A DNA stretch of 64,000 nt from positions 124,001 through 188,000 of the forward strand of contig NIVC01000677.1 in NCBI GenBank assembly GCA_002269645.1, read 5' to 3'. Below the pieces are notes generated by a model. It saw nothing but the letters and a program-made list of their open reading frames with translations, did not search any database and was not told the origin of the DNA. The translations under genes and the position numbers were made by a program. Source of the DNA: Macrostomum lignano (Eukaryota). This document shows positions 46,101 to 58,700 of the stretch, piece by piece (within the stretch, counting starts at the first letter, position 1; the number at the start of each line of letters is the position of its first letter).

Positions 46101-49100
46101 CGGCGACAATGTTCGAGTGAAAGGATTCGGCAAGGAATCCGGCTGGCTGCCTGGAGTGGTCGTCGCGGCGTCGCAACGGAACTACGATGTTCGAGTTGGC
46201 ACCAGCATCGTCCGGCGGCACGTTGACCAGATGCTGCCTGATTCGGCGCAGCCTCCGCCATCCGCCGCTGACTCTCAACACCTCGGCACCAGCATCTCGA
46301 CTCCATCGTCGGCGCCTCCGGCTCTAGATGTTCTGAGCCCCGCGGCTGTCTCCGAGCCCGCTATCCAGCCACCATCGGAGGAAAGAGCCGCGGTCCCCAC
46401 AGGCCCGGCAGACAAGGCGGCAGCCGCGGACGCGGACGTACCTGACCAGTTGCCAGAGGGTGCGACCCGCCGATACCCGCCTCGAATTCGGTCATGTCCA
46501 GAGCGACTTCAAGTGGGGGTGTGATGAGTGACTGTGCGGAAGCTGACAATGATCTTGAACTGACTTTTCGCAAATTCTCCTGTCTTTCATGCAACCCATT
46601 ATTACGTATGTTTCTCCAATACAAATTATTGATTCACTACTAATTCTAGTTTTCGACAATGCAATATTTCGCTATTTTGTTCGACACAATTTTATTTCCT
46701 TACTTTTCATCTGCTCTGCAATTGTGTTTGCTAATTCGATTGTTTTCCAATACTACAATACTACATGTACGCTATCGTCGATTCGCTTTTCGTAAAAATT
46801 CATCTCATTGATCCCACTTCCCCTTGGGGAGGGAAGTGTGAATTGGCTGTCTTATACCGATTTGAACTATACTGCTTTGTGCGTTTGGCTGCTCAAATTT
46901 AGCTTACCACTATAGACCCTCCCCCTCCACTGAACTGATCGATTTCTGTTTATACGTACAGTACTTCTTCGCAATGTACATCGTTCGTCCTAACTACATG
47001 TACTCAGTTCTATAATACAATATAAAGGACCAACGCGTCAGTTAAGAAACGCTGTTTACAACTTGCGGCTCAAGCCAATTCAATCGCTTCGTCTCAATCT
47101 CAATTCATCACAGAAGGAGTTTTAACCTAGTGGTTAGAGCGTCTGACTCACGACTGAAAGGTCGGGGGTTCGATTCTCGACTCCAATCGGAACAATTTGT
47201 GTCCTTGAGCAAGACACTTAACTCTGCATTGCTTCAGTTCACCTAGCTGTAAAATGGGTGCCAGCATTAGCTGGGGTAATTGAGGGTGTGTGTGGCGACC
47301 CCATAATCATATACATTGGACTGAACAGCCGTACGCAGCCTTCAGATGCGCCGCGCAATAGCTGCGGCTGAGTACCGGTTGCACATCTGGCCATCAGGGC
47401 AGGTGTAATCAATTATTACGACTTATTACCCTCCAAATAGGCACCTTACTCACAACAAATACCAAAGAGCAATTCCAAGACTGAAGACATCAGTGCTCGC
47501 GTCGGGACTGGACCTGCCTGTGGCAATCTCTGGCGCTAAGTAGACCGGAATGCTGGTCGTTTGCTGGTTGTTATGGCTGTAGCACTTCACTATCCCGAAC
47601 GGCGCTAACTTCACCTTGTTCAAATCTTCGTTAACCTAGAAGAATAATTCGAGCCAATTTCAAAGCAAGAAAGCTAAGCTTTTAACGCATGTACAAAAAT
47701 AGCTCGTCGATTTTCATACCCAAACATTGCTCAGTGCAACATCCTGATGAACGAGCTCGCTGGAGTGAAGAAACTGCAGAGACGTCGCAATCCGTAAGCC
47801 GATCTTCAAGCGCTGTTTTACGGGCAGGCTGTAGCGCTGCATCAGAGTCCAGGCGTCGCAGAGCATCAGCTCCATGTAGATCTCCACCGTGTACCAGTTC
47901 TCTTCCGGCCGTCTCTTGTGCAGCCGCACGCCGACTACATGAACCAGATTTGGATGCTCAAAAGCGCTGTAATGATACGGCATAAAAATCGATATTCATG
48001 CATAATGCAAACTGCAATGTTCAGAAAAAAATTGTGAATTTTTATTATTTTTAAACTGGTCATAAGAAGACCTGTCAAAAGTTATTCATTTGTGAGATTA
48101 TTTGAAATGGACGCCCGAAGTAGACAGTTCTTCAAATAAGAGTAAGTCTTTTTAATTTCGACTTTTGACTCGTTTCGTTTTAAGCACGTCTTCGAACGAC
48201 CATTCCAAAACAGGCTTTTTTTTACCATAAATACATGAAGCTGCATTACCTGCTGTGGTACACCTCTGTCGCAATGTCGTCCAGACTAGTTTCACAGGAA
48301 ATTATCCTTTTAGCTGCAAGCGTTGGCTCGCCGATCTCATTCAAAACTCGAAACATATCGCATTGAGCCGCAGATCCGAGCTTTCCTTCCGTGTCAATTC
48401 GAAATCCGCGAAACTTGTACTTTGAGGTAACATCCATCGTAAGCAGGTGAAGTCGAGCGACTCTCGGGTAAAGAGCCTTGATATCGGATCGCTCCTTCTC
48501 GGTCAGCTTCATGGATTTTTCGACCAGCTGTTCCGATGACGTGATTTTTTCGACGAACTCCCTGTGCTGGTTTTCGAACCACCCATTTAGTGAAGTGATG
48601 AGGCAGTCAACGAGATTTTCCTTGCTGACTGAACCTGCAATTATGCATTTGCATGTAAAAATAGCGCTTCAATCATTTCTTTACGTAACTTATCATGGAA
48701 AGGCAAACGAAAAGTACAATAAAATCAAGATCCCAAGAGCGAATTGCAAAGCACGCCATGAAAAGCCATTGTTTCAAAGATGTGAAAAACTCACTAAGAT
48801 AGACATCTGCTTGATATTCCTTCCACCTTTCATCTTCAACAGGACTAGACATTGACAGTACAAGACCTGGATTCTTCACTATTAGCTTGATGAAGTGCTT
48901 CATCTTTCTGAGGATAATGCTCAAAGGACCCAGCATAAAGTCCTTCGAAGACAACGAGTAGCCCACGAGCAGCGTCTTCTTCAACACCTGGTACGCGGGC
49001 GTCTGTTCCACATCCTTCTCGTACTCTGCGACTACCTGCTTCAAACGATCGAAATCGTTTTGACAAGTCTTCAGAGCCCCATCCTTGAGGAAGTCGCAGA

Positions 49101-50808
49101 ATGACGCAATTATTCTGTCGTTGATGAGAGCATGAATCTCATCGACGCACTTCTTCTCAATGTCTTTCTGAGACATATCGGCTGAAATCACCGATTCCGA
49201 GTACTTCAGCGCTCTGACTTCGTCGAGAATGAGCGGCTTTCTTTCGGCGAAGAATCGACCTGCTTGTCTCAACAGCTCGTCTCGATTTTTCTCCACGATG
49301 CTCTTAGACTGCTGGTGGATCTCCTGCTCCAGGCTCTTGATTTGGTAGAGCGCCTTCTTCTTGCGCAAGTTCGACTCTTTGATGTTGGTGGCCTTGTCCA
49401 TGAACAGTGTGAGAATCTCGCTTTGAATGCGCCTCAGGCCGCCACCAGAACTCACGATGAGGTTTCGAAATTGATCCTGAGCGAACTTGAGAATTCTCGT
49501 CTTGACCTCCTCGAATCGTCTGACCCACTTTGAGTTCTCCATCTCCTTGAGAGCCTCAGGGTCGAGCTTGTTCTTCTTGATCATGAGTTCCTTTTTGCGA
49601 CGGAATCGCCTTACTTCCCAACACGAGACGCAAAGGAACTTGTTGCACGTGTCTCTGGTTTCGTTCGGGCTGATGTAGCCGAGACGCTGCAGCTTAGAGA
49701 AGACGCGCTCGGCCTTCTCTTCTTCAATCTGCTCCGTTGTGCTTGATGATTCTACCGCTGTTTCTCTGGACACATCCATCTTGGTAATTAGATAGAAAAC
49801 CTCAGCTCCAATCTCTGGGAGTTGAATTGCTTTCAAATCTTTCTGGACCTAGGAATGTTTTTCATGTATTTTAGTTCGCAGAAAGTGCGACTTTGATTTG
49901 CACTGTATTATTACTGGTATTTGAAAGTGCCTCGTGAACAAAAGACCTTACGGCAATGGTGATGCCCGAGTTCGAGTCGATGACGTAGATGATGATCGGT
50001 AGAAACGAGTCGATCGCCCCCAGCGTCAGCGAGTCCAGAGACGAGTTCTCGTTCAGTCCTGGCGAGTCGATGATGTCGATGCCGTGTCGCAGGAACTCGC
50101 ACTTGATGCCGGCCTCGACAGTCGAGCTGATGAGCTCATCATTCTCGCGGTCCTCGTCCTTCAGCTTGACGAGGTCCTCCTCGATTGTCGGCTTCTCGAG
50201 GTACTGGACGTCTCCGATCTGCTCGCCGGTCTTGGATCGCACGAGCACGTAGATTCGGTCGGAGTAGGTGAGCCGGGTGACTCGGGCGGTGCACGGGGAC
50301 TGCGACTGAGCCACGAAGGTGCCGCCTAGGAAATACTTGAATCAATGTATATAAAAAACATAAACCTGGTCTCAATGTTTAACTGCAACACATTAGTTCG
50401 GGCTATGTGCTGAGTGTGTTCTTGATGGGAGCACTCAGCTTCCTCCGTTTTACCTGCATTTTCATGCGAACATATTTTGCCAGTCTGTATCCTGGGTTTA
50501 ACTCTCAACTTACCTAAAAGCTCATTGATGAAGGAGCTCTTGCCCGACTTGGTTTGCCCAACAATGATGATGCACGGCTTGCTGTCATCCTTGGAGCCGG
50601 TCTCGTTGCCTCGGTACAGCCGCTTGATGGCTTTCGTCAGTGTCGGCAGTTGAAGCTTTTGCTTGAGCTCCTCGGATGACTCCACAGACAGGCTGCTGGC
50701 GATGGGGCCATCCAGCAGAGCCTGGGTGCTCTCCAGCTGCTCACTGATCAGGTCGCGGTTGATGTGAAACTCAGAAATTTCTTTCTCCAACGAGTCAACA
50801 TCCGACAT
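43131..50808 (-). CDS. Paralogue A: dynamin-like GTPase + helical region + pseudokinase (DSTYK-like), 7 exons, ~919 aa
   Basis: Exons: 50808-50514, 50325-49952, 49848-48795, 48634-48250, 47966-47720, 47635-47454, 43353-43131 (2760 nt, open, GT-AG). G motifs: GQTKSGKS, PCTAR, DSPG, TKMD. Kinase motifs are degenerate: GKLGSAAQC, HQDVALSN, KLAPFG. Confidence 0.88.
43880..45739 (+). CDS. LTR element gag-protease-truncated RT ORF (619 aa)
   Basis: Two CCHC knuckles (CDSCGGPHSRQNC, CHACGKVGHIKKVC), protease LDTGS, and RT motifs LDLAKAFLQ, LPFG and YQDD. The ORF ends shortly after the DD motif. Confidence 0.92.
   Translation: MATRTFGQIPELSAESDLEIYAERMNQYFICNKVETAEAKRAIFLTAIGEKYYKLLRDLCQPQKLTEKSYEDLQDILKKHCSPEPSEIAARFKFQQRLQQDGESFANFLAGLKNAANHCKFGESLQERLRDQFLFGMRSDTFRSKLLESSDHSYAGLIKLALDLEAAHKSSSEMAHTSATNRVSANPSVARPRAQYNISQHSGPAGSASKPGTCDSCGGPHSRQNCKFRNSKCHACGKVGHIKKVCRSAKSVKLLEENETGSQYDEKNYEEEPIFHVSMTSKSPILVPLQIEEVQSHFELDTGSAVSLVPKAFYDSHLSHLRLHPSKTTLRTYTDQEFSPIGEVTVKVTYEGQEASLPLLVVSEGSARLLGRNWLTVIRLDWPRLTAPVNSLIAAPNDMATELVRQFSDVFAEGLGKYRLSEVDLHLQENATPRFYKARPIPYALRETVDLELQRMESEGVITPIATSQWAAPIVPVVKKDGSVRICGDYKCTFNQVAKQEHYPLPRIEDLFARLGGGHKWSKLDLAKAFLQLPISEDSKQYLVINTQRGLFKVNRLPFGICSASAIFQRILDSLLGHLNGVQVYQDDILVTGSSLAAHKENLLQVLHKLQEASIPQFI
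45750..46524 (+). pseudogene. C-terminal half of the LTR element integrase
   Basis: PQFISREF...SAPYHPATNGQAERFVQTLK...YRVTPHSTTGTSPSELLLGRRLRSRLDLLRP. The zinc-binding domain and the first catalytic residues are deleted. Confidence 0.9.
47116..47420 (+). mobile_element. tRNA-derived SINE with a CORE-like central domain
   Basis: A box TAGTGGTTAGAGC (47128-47140) and B box GGTTCGATTC (47167-47176). The next segment, TGTGTCCTTGAGCAAGACACTTAAC...CTGTAAAATGGG, resembles the MIR CORE consensus as I recall it. Confidence 0.8.
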
Positions 50809-51411
50809 GGCTAATGCGTTTTGGAACGACAATTTTAAGCTTTCATTCTTTACCGGTCTAAACATGCAGCTGCGGGTCCTGTAAAATGACCATGGCCTCC
50901 TTTATCAGGTCTGCTAGCGGTCTGGGCAGGATAGGAGCTGCAGTGTACAGCAAAGATGCAGCACTTTGAGGTTGTCGGTACAGTTAGTGCTGATAAACAA
51001 GACAGTAATTCCAGCACTTGCTTGTTTTAATATTTTAGTGCTGTATTTAACATACAGTGAGCTGACGAATCGATCTGGAGCTTTGCCACTAACTACGATG
51101 TATGCATACAATGCATGTACTCAGCATCTAGCAAGACTGCTGTTTCCGGTTGTCCTTCAAGCTGGTATGCACAAGCTTAACGAGACTTTGCATAATCATG
51201 ACTGTGCAAAGGACTGCATAACTGATAGCTGGCTCTGTTTCCAGGTTGGATACTGAATTGAAGAAATATTTTATGCATCTGAATTTGAACCAGCCAACGC
51301 AGTCAAGTGCAGATCTTAGAGATGGTCGAAAATTTCATGGCAGCAACAGTTCACGCTCTTGCCAACAAATAGCCCACCGAAGTTAGGCCTGCCCATCTTC
51401 TAAGCGGGACG

Positions 51412-51570
51412 AGCTACAGAAGGGTTGGGGTGCCAGCTACAGAAGGGTTGGGGTGCCAGCTACAGAAGGGTTGGGGTGCCAGCTAGAGAAGGGTTGGGGC
51501 GCCAGCTACAGAAGGGTTGGGGCGCCAGCTACAGAAGGGTTGAGGCGCCAGCTACAGAAATGTTGGCTGC
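51412..51570. repeat. 23-bp minisatellite (AGCTACAGAAGGGTTGGGGTGCC)
   Basis: About 6.5 copies read directly. Confidence 0.93.
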
Positions 51571-51749
51571 AACGAGCTGCTTATCAGTAAGCGCAGGGGC
51601 GCAGGGAGCCGGATTCCAAGGGTCCATCTTGAAGAAAGTAAAATAAGGAGATGGCAGCTAGCAGAAAACAGAAGTTTTGCTGAGCTTTGCTTATGTGCCG
51701 GTTTCCAGTACGAGCATAGCGTTATACACAAATAACAACATGTAAATGT

Positions 51750-53780
51750 AATAAAACATAAACTGCTTCGCTTGCTGCGGAGCAGACGGTCCCGCTGATG
51801 CGGCAAGCGCAGAAATCGCAGCCTGTCTGGCAGAGCGACCCGACCATCAGGCAGGCGCACTCAGGCAGTGACGCTGAAGACGCGTTTGAGCGCTTTCTAG
51901 ACGAGCAGCAGCAAGCCGCTATCGACGACACCGTCCGGACCATCACTGCAGCCGGCCCCGAAGTGAAGAGCCGTGCAGTTTGGACAGCCTTTCGGACTCT
52001 AACGCCACGGGTGCAGAAAGCCCGTGGCACTGAATCTGGTCGGTGACACCCCGGAGGAGCGCAGGAATGAATTGCGCGACTTCTTCGCCGGCATCGTGAA
52101 CGCGCCTGCGTCGCCGCTGCCCACTAGCTTTTCGCTCCCACTGGACACGCCACTCCCAGCTGAGGAGGACTTCTGCACAAGCCCAGTCACCAAGGAGGAC
52201 GTTGTGCTGTTCGCTCGATAATCACCAGGCGGCAAGGCGCTCGGCTCCGCTGTGTGGCCTCCCACGTGCTCGCCGGCGCCCCTGCATCCACCGAGTGGAC
52301 TGTCGCGCACATCGTGCCGATCCCGAAGAAGGCAGGGACAACGCGGAAAGAAGACCACCGCGGGATCTCGCTGATGTCCTGCACCGCGAAGCTCTTCAAC
52401 CGGCTGCTGCTCGATCGTCTGCAGTCTGTACTGGTCGTTTTCGCGTCCGCCAGAAGGGCATCTTGCTCGCCGGGGCGGGCCGCGAACCCTCTTGGGCAGC
52501 CAAACAGGATGTTGTTGCTCGGTGTCACGTGCTCCGCAGTCCGGGCACACGTCGGAGTCGGACAGGCCGAGCCGGAATCTGGTGGCGGCGGCGAGGTTGC
52601 TGCAGCCGGCACGGAGCTGGTTGACCAGGACCTCTAGTCTCCTCGGGAGGGCTGGGAGCTTTGGCCACGAGCGTTGCGGCCCCAAAGCTCGAGATCTAGT
52701 TTTCGTCTTTTGGCATGGCATCCAGGTAAGCACTGGCTGTCATGAGGGGCGCGTCATGATTGCTCTGATCAGCGGTCGCCAATCTAGCCGGCCTGTCTGC
52801 GCGTTCATTCATGGGGATGCCGCAGTGAGCCGGGATCCAGGTGATGCGGATGGAGTGTCCGTTACTCTGGTTCCAAATTTCGGATACGAGCCGGCTGTTG
52901 CTGCGCTGGCCCGCCATGATGCTGTGAATGGCCGCCTGGGAGTCGGTGAAAATGTCGATACATTGATGTTCTCTAGTATTCTGAATGGCCAGCAGGATGG
53001 CTTGTAGCTCTGCCTGGGTGCTGCTGCAGATATTCCCTGCAGCGCTGGTGACGACCCGGCCCCAGGATGGAGTGATGATCACCGCTGTAGTCGGTCCAGA
53101 CGCTAATCGGGTGGGAGCCGCGCTCCTCGAGGTACCTCAGTGCTGTTGCGCTGCGGAGAGCGCCGTTCCTCTTCGTGCTGCTGCTGGACTGGGTTCACCT
53201 ACCTCGGCGGTCTGGTACTCCACGTGGTGAAAGTCCTCCGGCGGCGCAGAGGACTTGCCTGGGCGACCTTCCGTTCGATCCGAGCCGTCCCTCAGTCCGA
53301 AGCGCTGCCCGACCGCCAGACAGCTCGGCTATGGTAGGCGATGGTCGAAACCATCCTGCTATACAACGCCGAGACGTGGACGCTGACGGCTACGCTAGAG
53401 CGGCAGCTGGACTCGGCACACTCAGGGCTGCTCCGTGCGGCCTTTCGAGCTGACGAGAGCGTCGAGACCGAGGCCCTGTACGATCGGGCCAAGCTGCGGC
53501 GCCCGTCCATCATCCTGCGCCGGCGGCGACTTCAACTGGCGGGCCACGTGATCCGGGCCGAGGGCTACTGCCCCCAACCTGTTCAGGACGTCCTGCTGCT
53601 CACCTTGCAGGGTCCGTTCAGGCGGGGTCAGGCCCGACCCCGTCGATATGTGGACTGCCTGCTATGCGAAGCAGGGGCGCCCGACACTGCCAATGGAGCG
53701 AACTTTGTCCGTTCTCAGGATCTGCGGCGCTCCATCTGACGCGCCCTGCTCTCACTGGGACGCTGCATGCGAGCTGTGTA
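51750..53780 (+). mobile_element. Degenerate RTE-like LINE: linker, RT N-terminus and C-terminal domain, with the RT core missing
   Basis: WTVAHIVPIPKK...HRGISLMSCTAKLFNRLLLDRL (52290-52435), then FTYLGG...AMVETILLYNAETWTLT...LRRRRLQLAGHVIR (53190-53739), with stops and frameshifts. Confidence 0.88.
52437..53110 (-). mobile_element. 3' fragment of an RNase H-bearing LINE (I-group-like), antisense within the RTE-like LINE
   Basis: RNase H motifs QAELQAI, IFTDSQAA and WIPAHCGIPMNERAD, followed by a C-terminal CCHC motif CPDCGARDT/HILFGCP (frameshifted). Confidence 0.85.
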
Positions 53781-55124
53781 TTTTGTTTGTGCTGTTGTTT
53801 GTTTTACAGTGCCAATTCAGAAAAGGCCTTAATAACGAGTGCGTCCTTCGCGAGCAAGACAGAAATTCTTCGCGGCATCCCCGGAATGAGGCACCGCAAA
53901 AATCTTGAGGAAGACTTTTGGCGCAGGCCTGGCGCAGTTTCATGACATTGTGTGGCTCTTTACACTCTCAAAGGAAGGTCCGATAGAAGCTACTTACTGG
54001 CGCAAAGGGCGGCGACTTCAATGTAATTGAGTATAGCTAAAGATTATACCGGAAAAAATCATCAAATATTTTAAGACATGAGTATAACTCCTCCGATTGA
54101 TTTTAACAAAAAACCTCACACTCGGCAATATGTTAAAGTGTCCACCCCAAGTTAAATTGGTCAACAAATGTGAGCTTTAATCCAACTCTTGCCAAAACTC
54201 ACCAGCCTAAGCCAGGGCCTTGTGACGCAAATCACTCCACATGGTTGAGACGAGAACCGCAGGCGTGGCGTGAATTGCGGCACTTGGGGCTGACGCCTGA
54301 GAGAAGTTGACCAGTGGTTCAGGGTGGAGACTTGGTGGGTGCAAACTGAATAAAGAGCGTACGTACCTAACGGTGGAAAAGTTTCTGTACCAGAAATTGA
54401 TAATTCGTCTGAATGTTTTCCTTTGCTTCAGTTTCTCGCTTGGATGCCCTTTGGATATCGAAGACTGATCGGCTCCTGAGTCCGCGACGTTGAGCTTTTT
54501 AATCGCTTTTAATAACCGAGTGCTCACTGCTTCAGATGAGTTCCAAGGATTTTAGAGTGAGAGCTGTTCATTATCGGGCTCGTGTGAATTCGAGATGCAA
54601 CAGAATGAAGATCTTTCTGTCATCCGTGTGATTCCTTCGATTTTCTCTGAATGATAAGCAGGTATCCGGTCCGGTCTGAATGATAAGCTTGTCTTAAATT
54701 TAATCGCTCAAAATCCATTCACTGAGCCTACCTCATTTGGATTCCAAGTTGCGCAAAAAATCAAGCCAAATGAACAAAAATAATGAATAAGAAACTGACA
54801 GATGGCGATCCCACCATGCAGTTATACGAAGAGCGTAATATAAGAAGTCGAGAGAGTAGCAATTTATTCAATAAAAATTTCAATTTACTGATTGGCAACT
54901 GTCAGAGAAGCATGCAGAATGGGTATTGAGCTACTTGAGTAAACTAAATTAGTGGCCATATATTTGTCTAAATGAACTCTTGGCCCACAACTCATTGAGC
55001 ACCGCAAACTAAGCAGTAGATAGAGTTCAATCAAGGCAGATTGATTAAACGGTAGAAAAATCACCCAGGAAAAGGAAAAAGAAAAGGAAAGCTAGAAAAA
55101 CATCTTGAATTTGCATCATTGTGT

Positions 55125-55479
55125 AGTATTGCTTTTGTCAGCCTAACTGAGAATAAAGCCACCCAAAATGAGAATCCTGCCTACGCTGACTGCGAGGGCC
55201 CGGCTGCGTGCAGCCTTAGTCTATGGGCCATAGACAATAAAGGACAAGCAAAGTGATAAAAAGCCATCCAATGTGAGAATCGATTGGTCTATGTGTCGTA
55301 TTCTTTTATTTTTATACCTTCTGAGGTTTTGAGCTATATGACTAGCCAATCCTAGCTTATCCTTTATAGTCTATGGCTCATAGACTAGGCTGGACGCAGC
55401 CAGGCCCTTCGCATTCAGCGTAGGCAGGATTCTCACTTTGGATGGCTCTACTCTCAGTTAGGCTGACAAAACCAATACT
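55125..55479. mobile_element. MITE / foldback element with ~130-bp imperfect terminal inverted repeats
   Basis: AGTATTGCTTTTGTCAGCCTAACTGAG...GAGAATCCTGCCTACGCTGA is mirrored by TCAGCGTAGGCAGGATTCTC...CTCAGTTAGGCTGACAAAACCAATACT. No clear TSD. Confidence 0.8.
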
Positions 55480-55791
55480 TAATCTTCTAATATCTGTGAA
55501 AAACCATTATGGTGGCACAATTGAAACAGCTTTCAAACCATTCCACCAAAACTGAGTTATAGAATTCCAGTTTGTACTGCGTTTGTACTACTTGTCATTT
55601 ACATGTACGCGAAGTGGGTCTAAACGGCAGAAAGCAACCATTTTCCTTGTAAATTAAAATTGAGCTAATTTTTTTTTCATAATTTAACCAAACTTGGCCA
55701 CTGGATCAGCTAGTAGTATAGTTAGAATAGTGAGCAATATTGAGTAAGCAATGCATGGTTAGCATTATTGAAATCATCCTAGTAAGAGCGT

Positions 55792-58700
55792 CTAAGACTC
55801 CAGCGAGTCCACAATTTTCTGCAGGGATTCTACAGCTTTCTCCGCTGTCGGTCTGGAGTCTGGGGTGCCGCTCCAGCAGCTCTCCATCAGGTCCCACAGC
55901 TGGTCGGGCTGGTCGGACATGTTGGGCAGCCGCGTCGGCCTGCAGTCCAGGGCGCCGGCGAGCAGGATGGCTCCGACACTGGGCATGATCTCGACGTACT
56001 CCGGGTGGCGCTTGCCCGTGCCTTCGCTGTGGATTTAAATCAATGGCATCTCGCATCAATGGCTCGAGAATCTCTGCTTGCTCGTCCGCTACCTCAGGGC
56101 TACCGGGTGAGGTGGTCACCCACCTCTTGGACTCTCCAGGGCGACTGCGCTGCAAGACATCTGGCATTCCAACTGTCTGCAGCGGCCCCTCAGGCAGTGT
56201 AGAATTCCTTACGAGCTGTTACCCCCTAATAATAATTTACCCCCTTACCTAATAACATTGCGCAATCTTTTTTGAACTTACAAAAGATACCAAAGAGCGA
56301 TTCCAAGACTGAAGACGTCCGCGCTCGTGTGGTAGCTCTCGCCTCGGACCAGCTCAGGCGCAAGGTAGATTGGCGTTCCAACTAAGGTTCGGTTTACAAA
56401 GCCTGTACTCTTCATGAGTCCGAAGTCCGACAGCTTCACTTGTCTTAAATCCTCACTCACCTGAGGGTTTGTAAGGGTTTGTGGGCTGTTAAAATCATAA
56501 AAACAGTCGGTCCACTCTCAAAAAAATGCTTACGAGGACGTTGGCGAGTTTCACGTCTCTGTGAATCAGCTCGCTCGAGTGAAGGAACTGAAGGGCCTTC
56601 GCCAGCTCCAAGCCGATCTTCAGGCGCTGTCGAACGGGCAGCCTGTGGCGCTGCATCAGATTCCAGGCGTCGCAGCACATCAGCTCCATGTAGATCTCTA
56701 CTGTCCATCGCTTCTCATCAGATTTGCTTTTGTGGAGCCTCACGCCGACTACGTGCACGAGATTATCATGCTCGAGAACGCTGGAATGTAACAACTTCTC
56801 ATGCTATTATGAGAACTAGAAGTTATGCGATCGAAATATGTGCACTATATCTACTCAAGTATAGTAACTTACCTGCTGTGGTACACTTCCGTTGCGATAT
56901 CGTCAAGACTAGGCTCGTCGGATACGATTCTCTTGGCCGCTAGCGCTGGCTCTCCGCTCTCGTTCAAAACTCGGAACACCTCACCTTGAGCTCCGGATCC
57001 GAGATTTCCTTCCGTGTCGATTCGGAACCCGCGGTACTTGTACTTGGAGATAACATCCATCGTAAGCATATGCAGTCGAGCAACTCGCGGGTATAGAGTC
57101 TTGATCTCGGATCGCTCCTTCTCGGTCAGCTTCATACAGCTTTCGACTAGTTGCTCCGATGAAGCAATGTTGTCAAGAAACTCTCTGTGCTGCTTTTCGA
57201 ACCATTCTTTCAGCGAGGTGATGAGGCACTCGACAAGATTTTCTTTGCTGATTGTACCTGAAACAAATGAAGACAAACAGCTGATTGTGCAATGGTAGCC
57301 TAGATAATTTAATTGAAAAGCGAGTAGTTCGACCGTTTATACCATAGAAAATGACAATGTCTGACATACAAAATATATTACTAACCTAGATACTTTTCTG
57401 CCTGATATTCCTTCCACTTTTGATCCTGGATCGGTGTGGAGATTGACAGAACGAGACCTGGATTTCTTACCATCTGTCTCACGAAATGCTTTATCCTGAA
57501 TATTATAACATTCAAAGGACCCAATAAGAAGTCCTTTGACGACAACGAGTAGCCTTCGAGAAGCGTCTTCTTTAACACCTGGTACGCGGGCGTCTGTTCC
57601 ACATCCTTTTCGTACTCTGCAACTTTCTGCTTTAAGTCGTCGAATTCCTGTAGGCACAATCTCAGAGCCCCACCTTTGAGGAAGTCGCAGAATGACGCAA
57701 TTATTCTGTCGTTGATGAGAGCATGAATCTCATCGACGCACTTCTTCTCAATGTCTTTCCGAGACATATCGGCGGTAATCACTGACTCCGAGTACTTCAG
57801 CGCTCTGACTTCTTCGAGAATGAGCGGCTTCTTTTCGGCAAAGAATCGACCTGCTTGTCTCAACAGCTCGTCTCGATTTTTCTCCACGATGCTCTTAGAC
57901 TGCTTGTGGATCTCCTGCTCCAGGCTCTTGATTTGGTAGAGCGCCTTCTTCTTGCGCAAGTTCGACTCTTTGATGTTGGTGGCCTTGTCCATGAACAGTG
58001 TGAGAATCTCGCTTTGAATGCGCCTCAGGCCGCCACCAGAACTCACGATGAGGTTTCGAAATTGATCCTGAGCGAACTTGAGAATTCTCGTCTTGACCTC
58101 CTCGAATCGTCTGACCCACTTTGAATTCTCCATCTCCTTGAGAGCCTCAGGGTCGAGCTTGTTCTTCTTGATCATGAGTTCCTTTTTGCGACGGAATCCC
58201 CTTACTTTCCAACACGAGACGCAAAGAAACTTGCTGCATTTCTCTTTGGTTTCATTCGGGCTGATGCATTTGAGACTCTGCAGCTTGGAGAAGACGCGCT
58301 CGGCCTTCTCTTCTTCAATCTCCTGCGCTGTTTGATTGGCTTCCTGCTCTGTGTCTTTCGAGACATCCATCTTAGTGACAAGATAGAACACCTCAGCTCC
58401 CAGCACCGTTTGCTTAATTCTTGTTAAGTCGTTTTGGACCTGCAGTTTTAGTAGTTCGGTGGAAGAATAAAATGTCAACAGAATTGCTAACAGAAATATA
58501 CTGCATGGGGCCTTCTCTGGATTCCTTTCACACCAATTATTATTAATGATCACAGATTGTACGATAGTGGCAAGCTGCAATACATTGTTAGAAGTCGGAA
58601 ATTTTTATTAGAACTCACGGCAACGGTGATGCCCGTGTTCGAGTCGATGACGTAGATGATGATCGGTAGAAACGAGTCGATTGCTCCCAGCGTCAGCGAG

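Larger units (their letters stand above)
43604..47112 (+). mobile_element. Gypsy/Ty3 (Mag-like) LTR retrotransposon, internally deleted, in the last intron of paralogue A
   Basis: 276-bp TG...CA LTRs at 43604-43879 and 46837-47112, with one difference seen. 5-bp TSD GAAGG. PBS TGGCGACGAGGA at 43881; PPT GGGGAGGGAAG before the 3' LTR. Confidence 0.97.

Noticed and set aside
47116-47185. Possible tRNA gene
   Set aside because: The anticodon and T stems pair poorly, and the sequence continues into a CORE-like SINE body rather than a T-run terminator, so it is called a SINE head.
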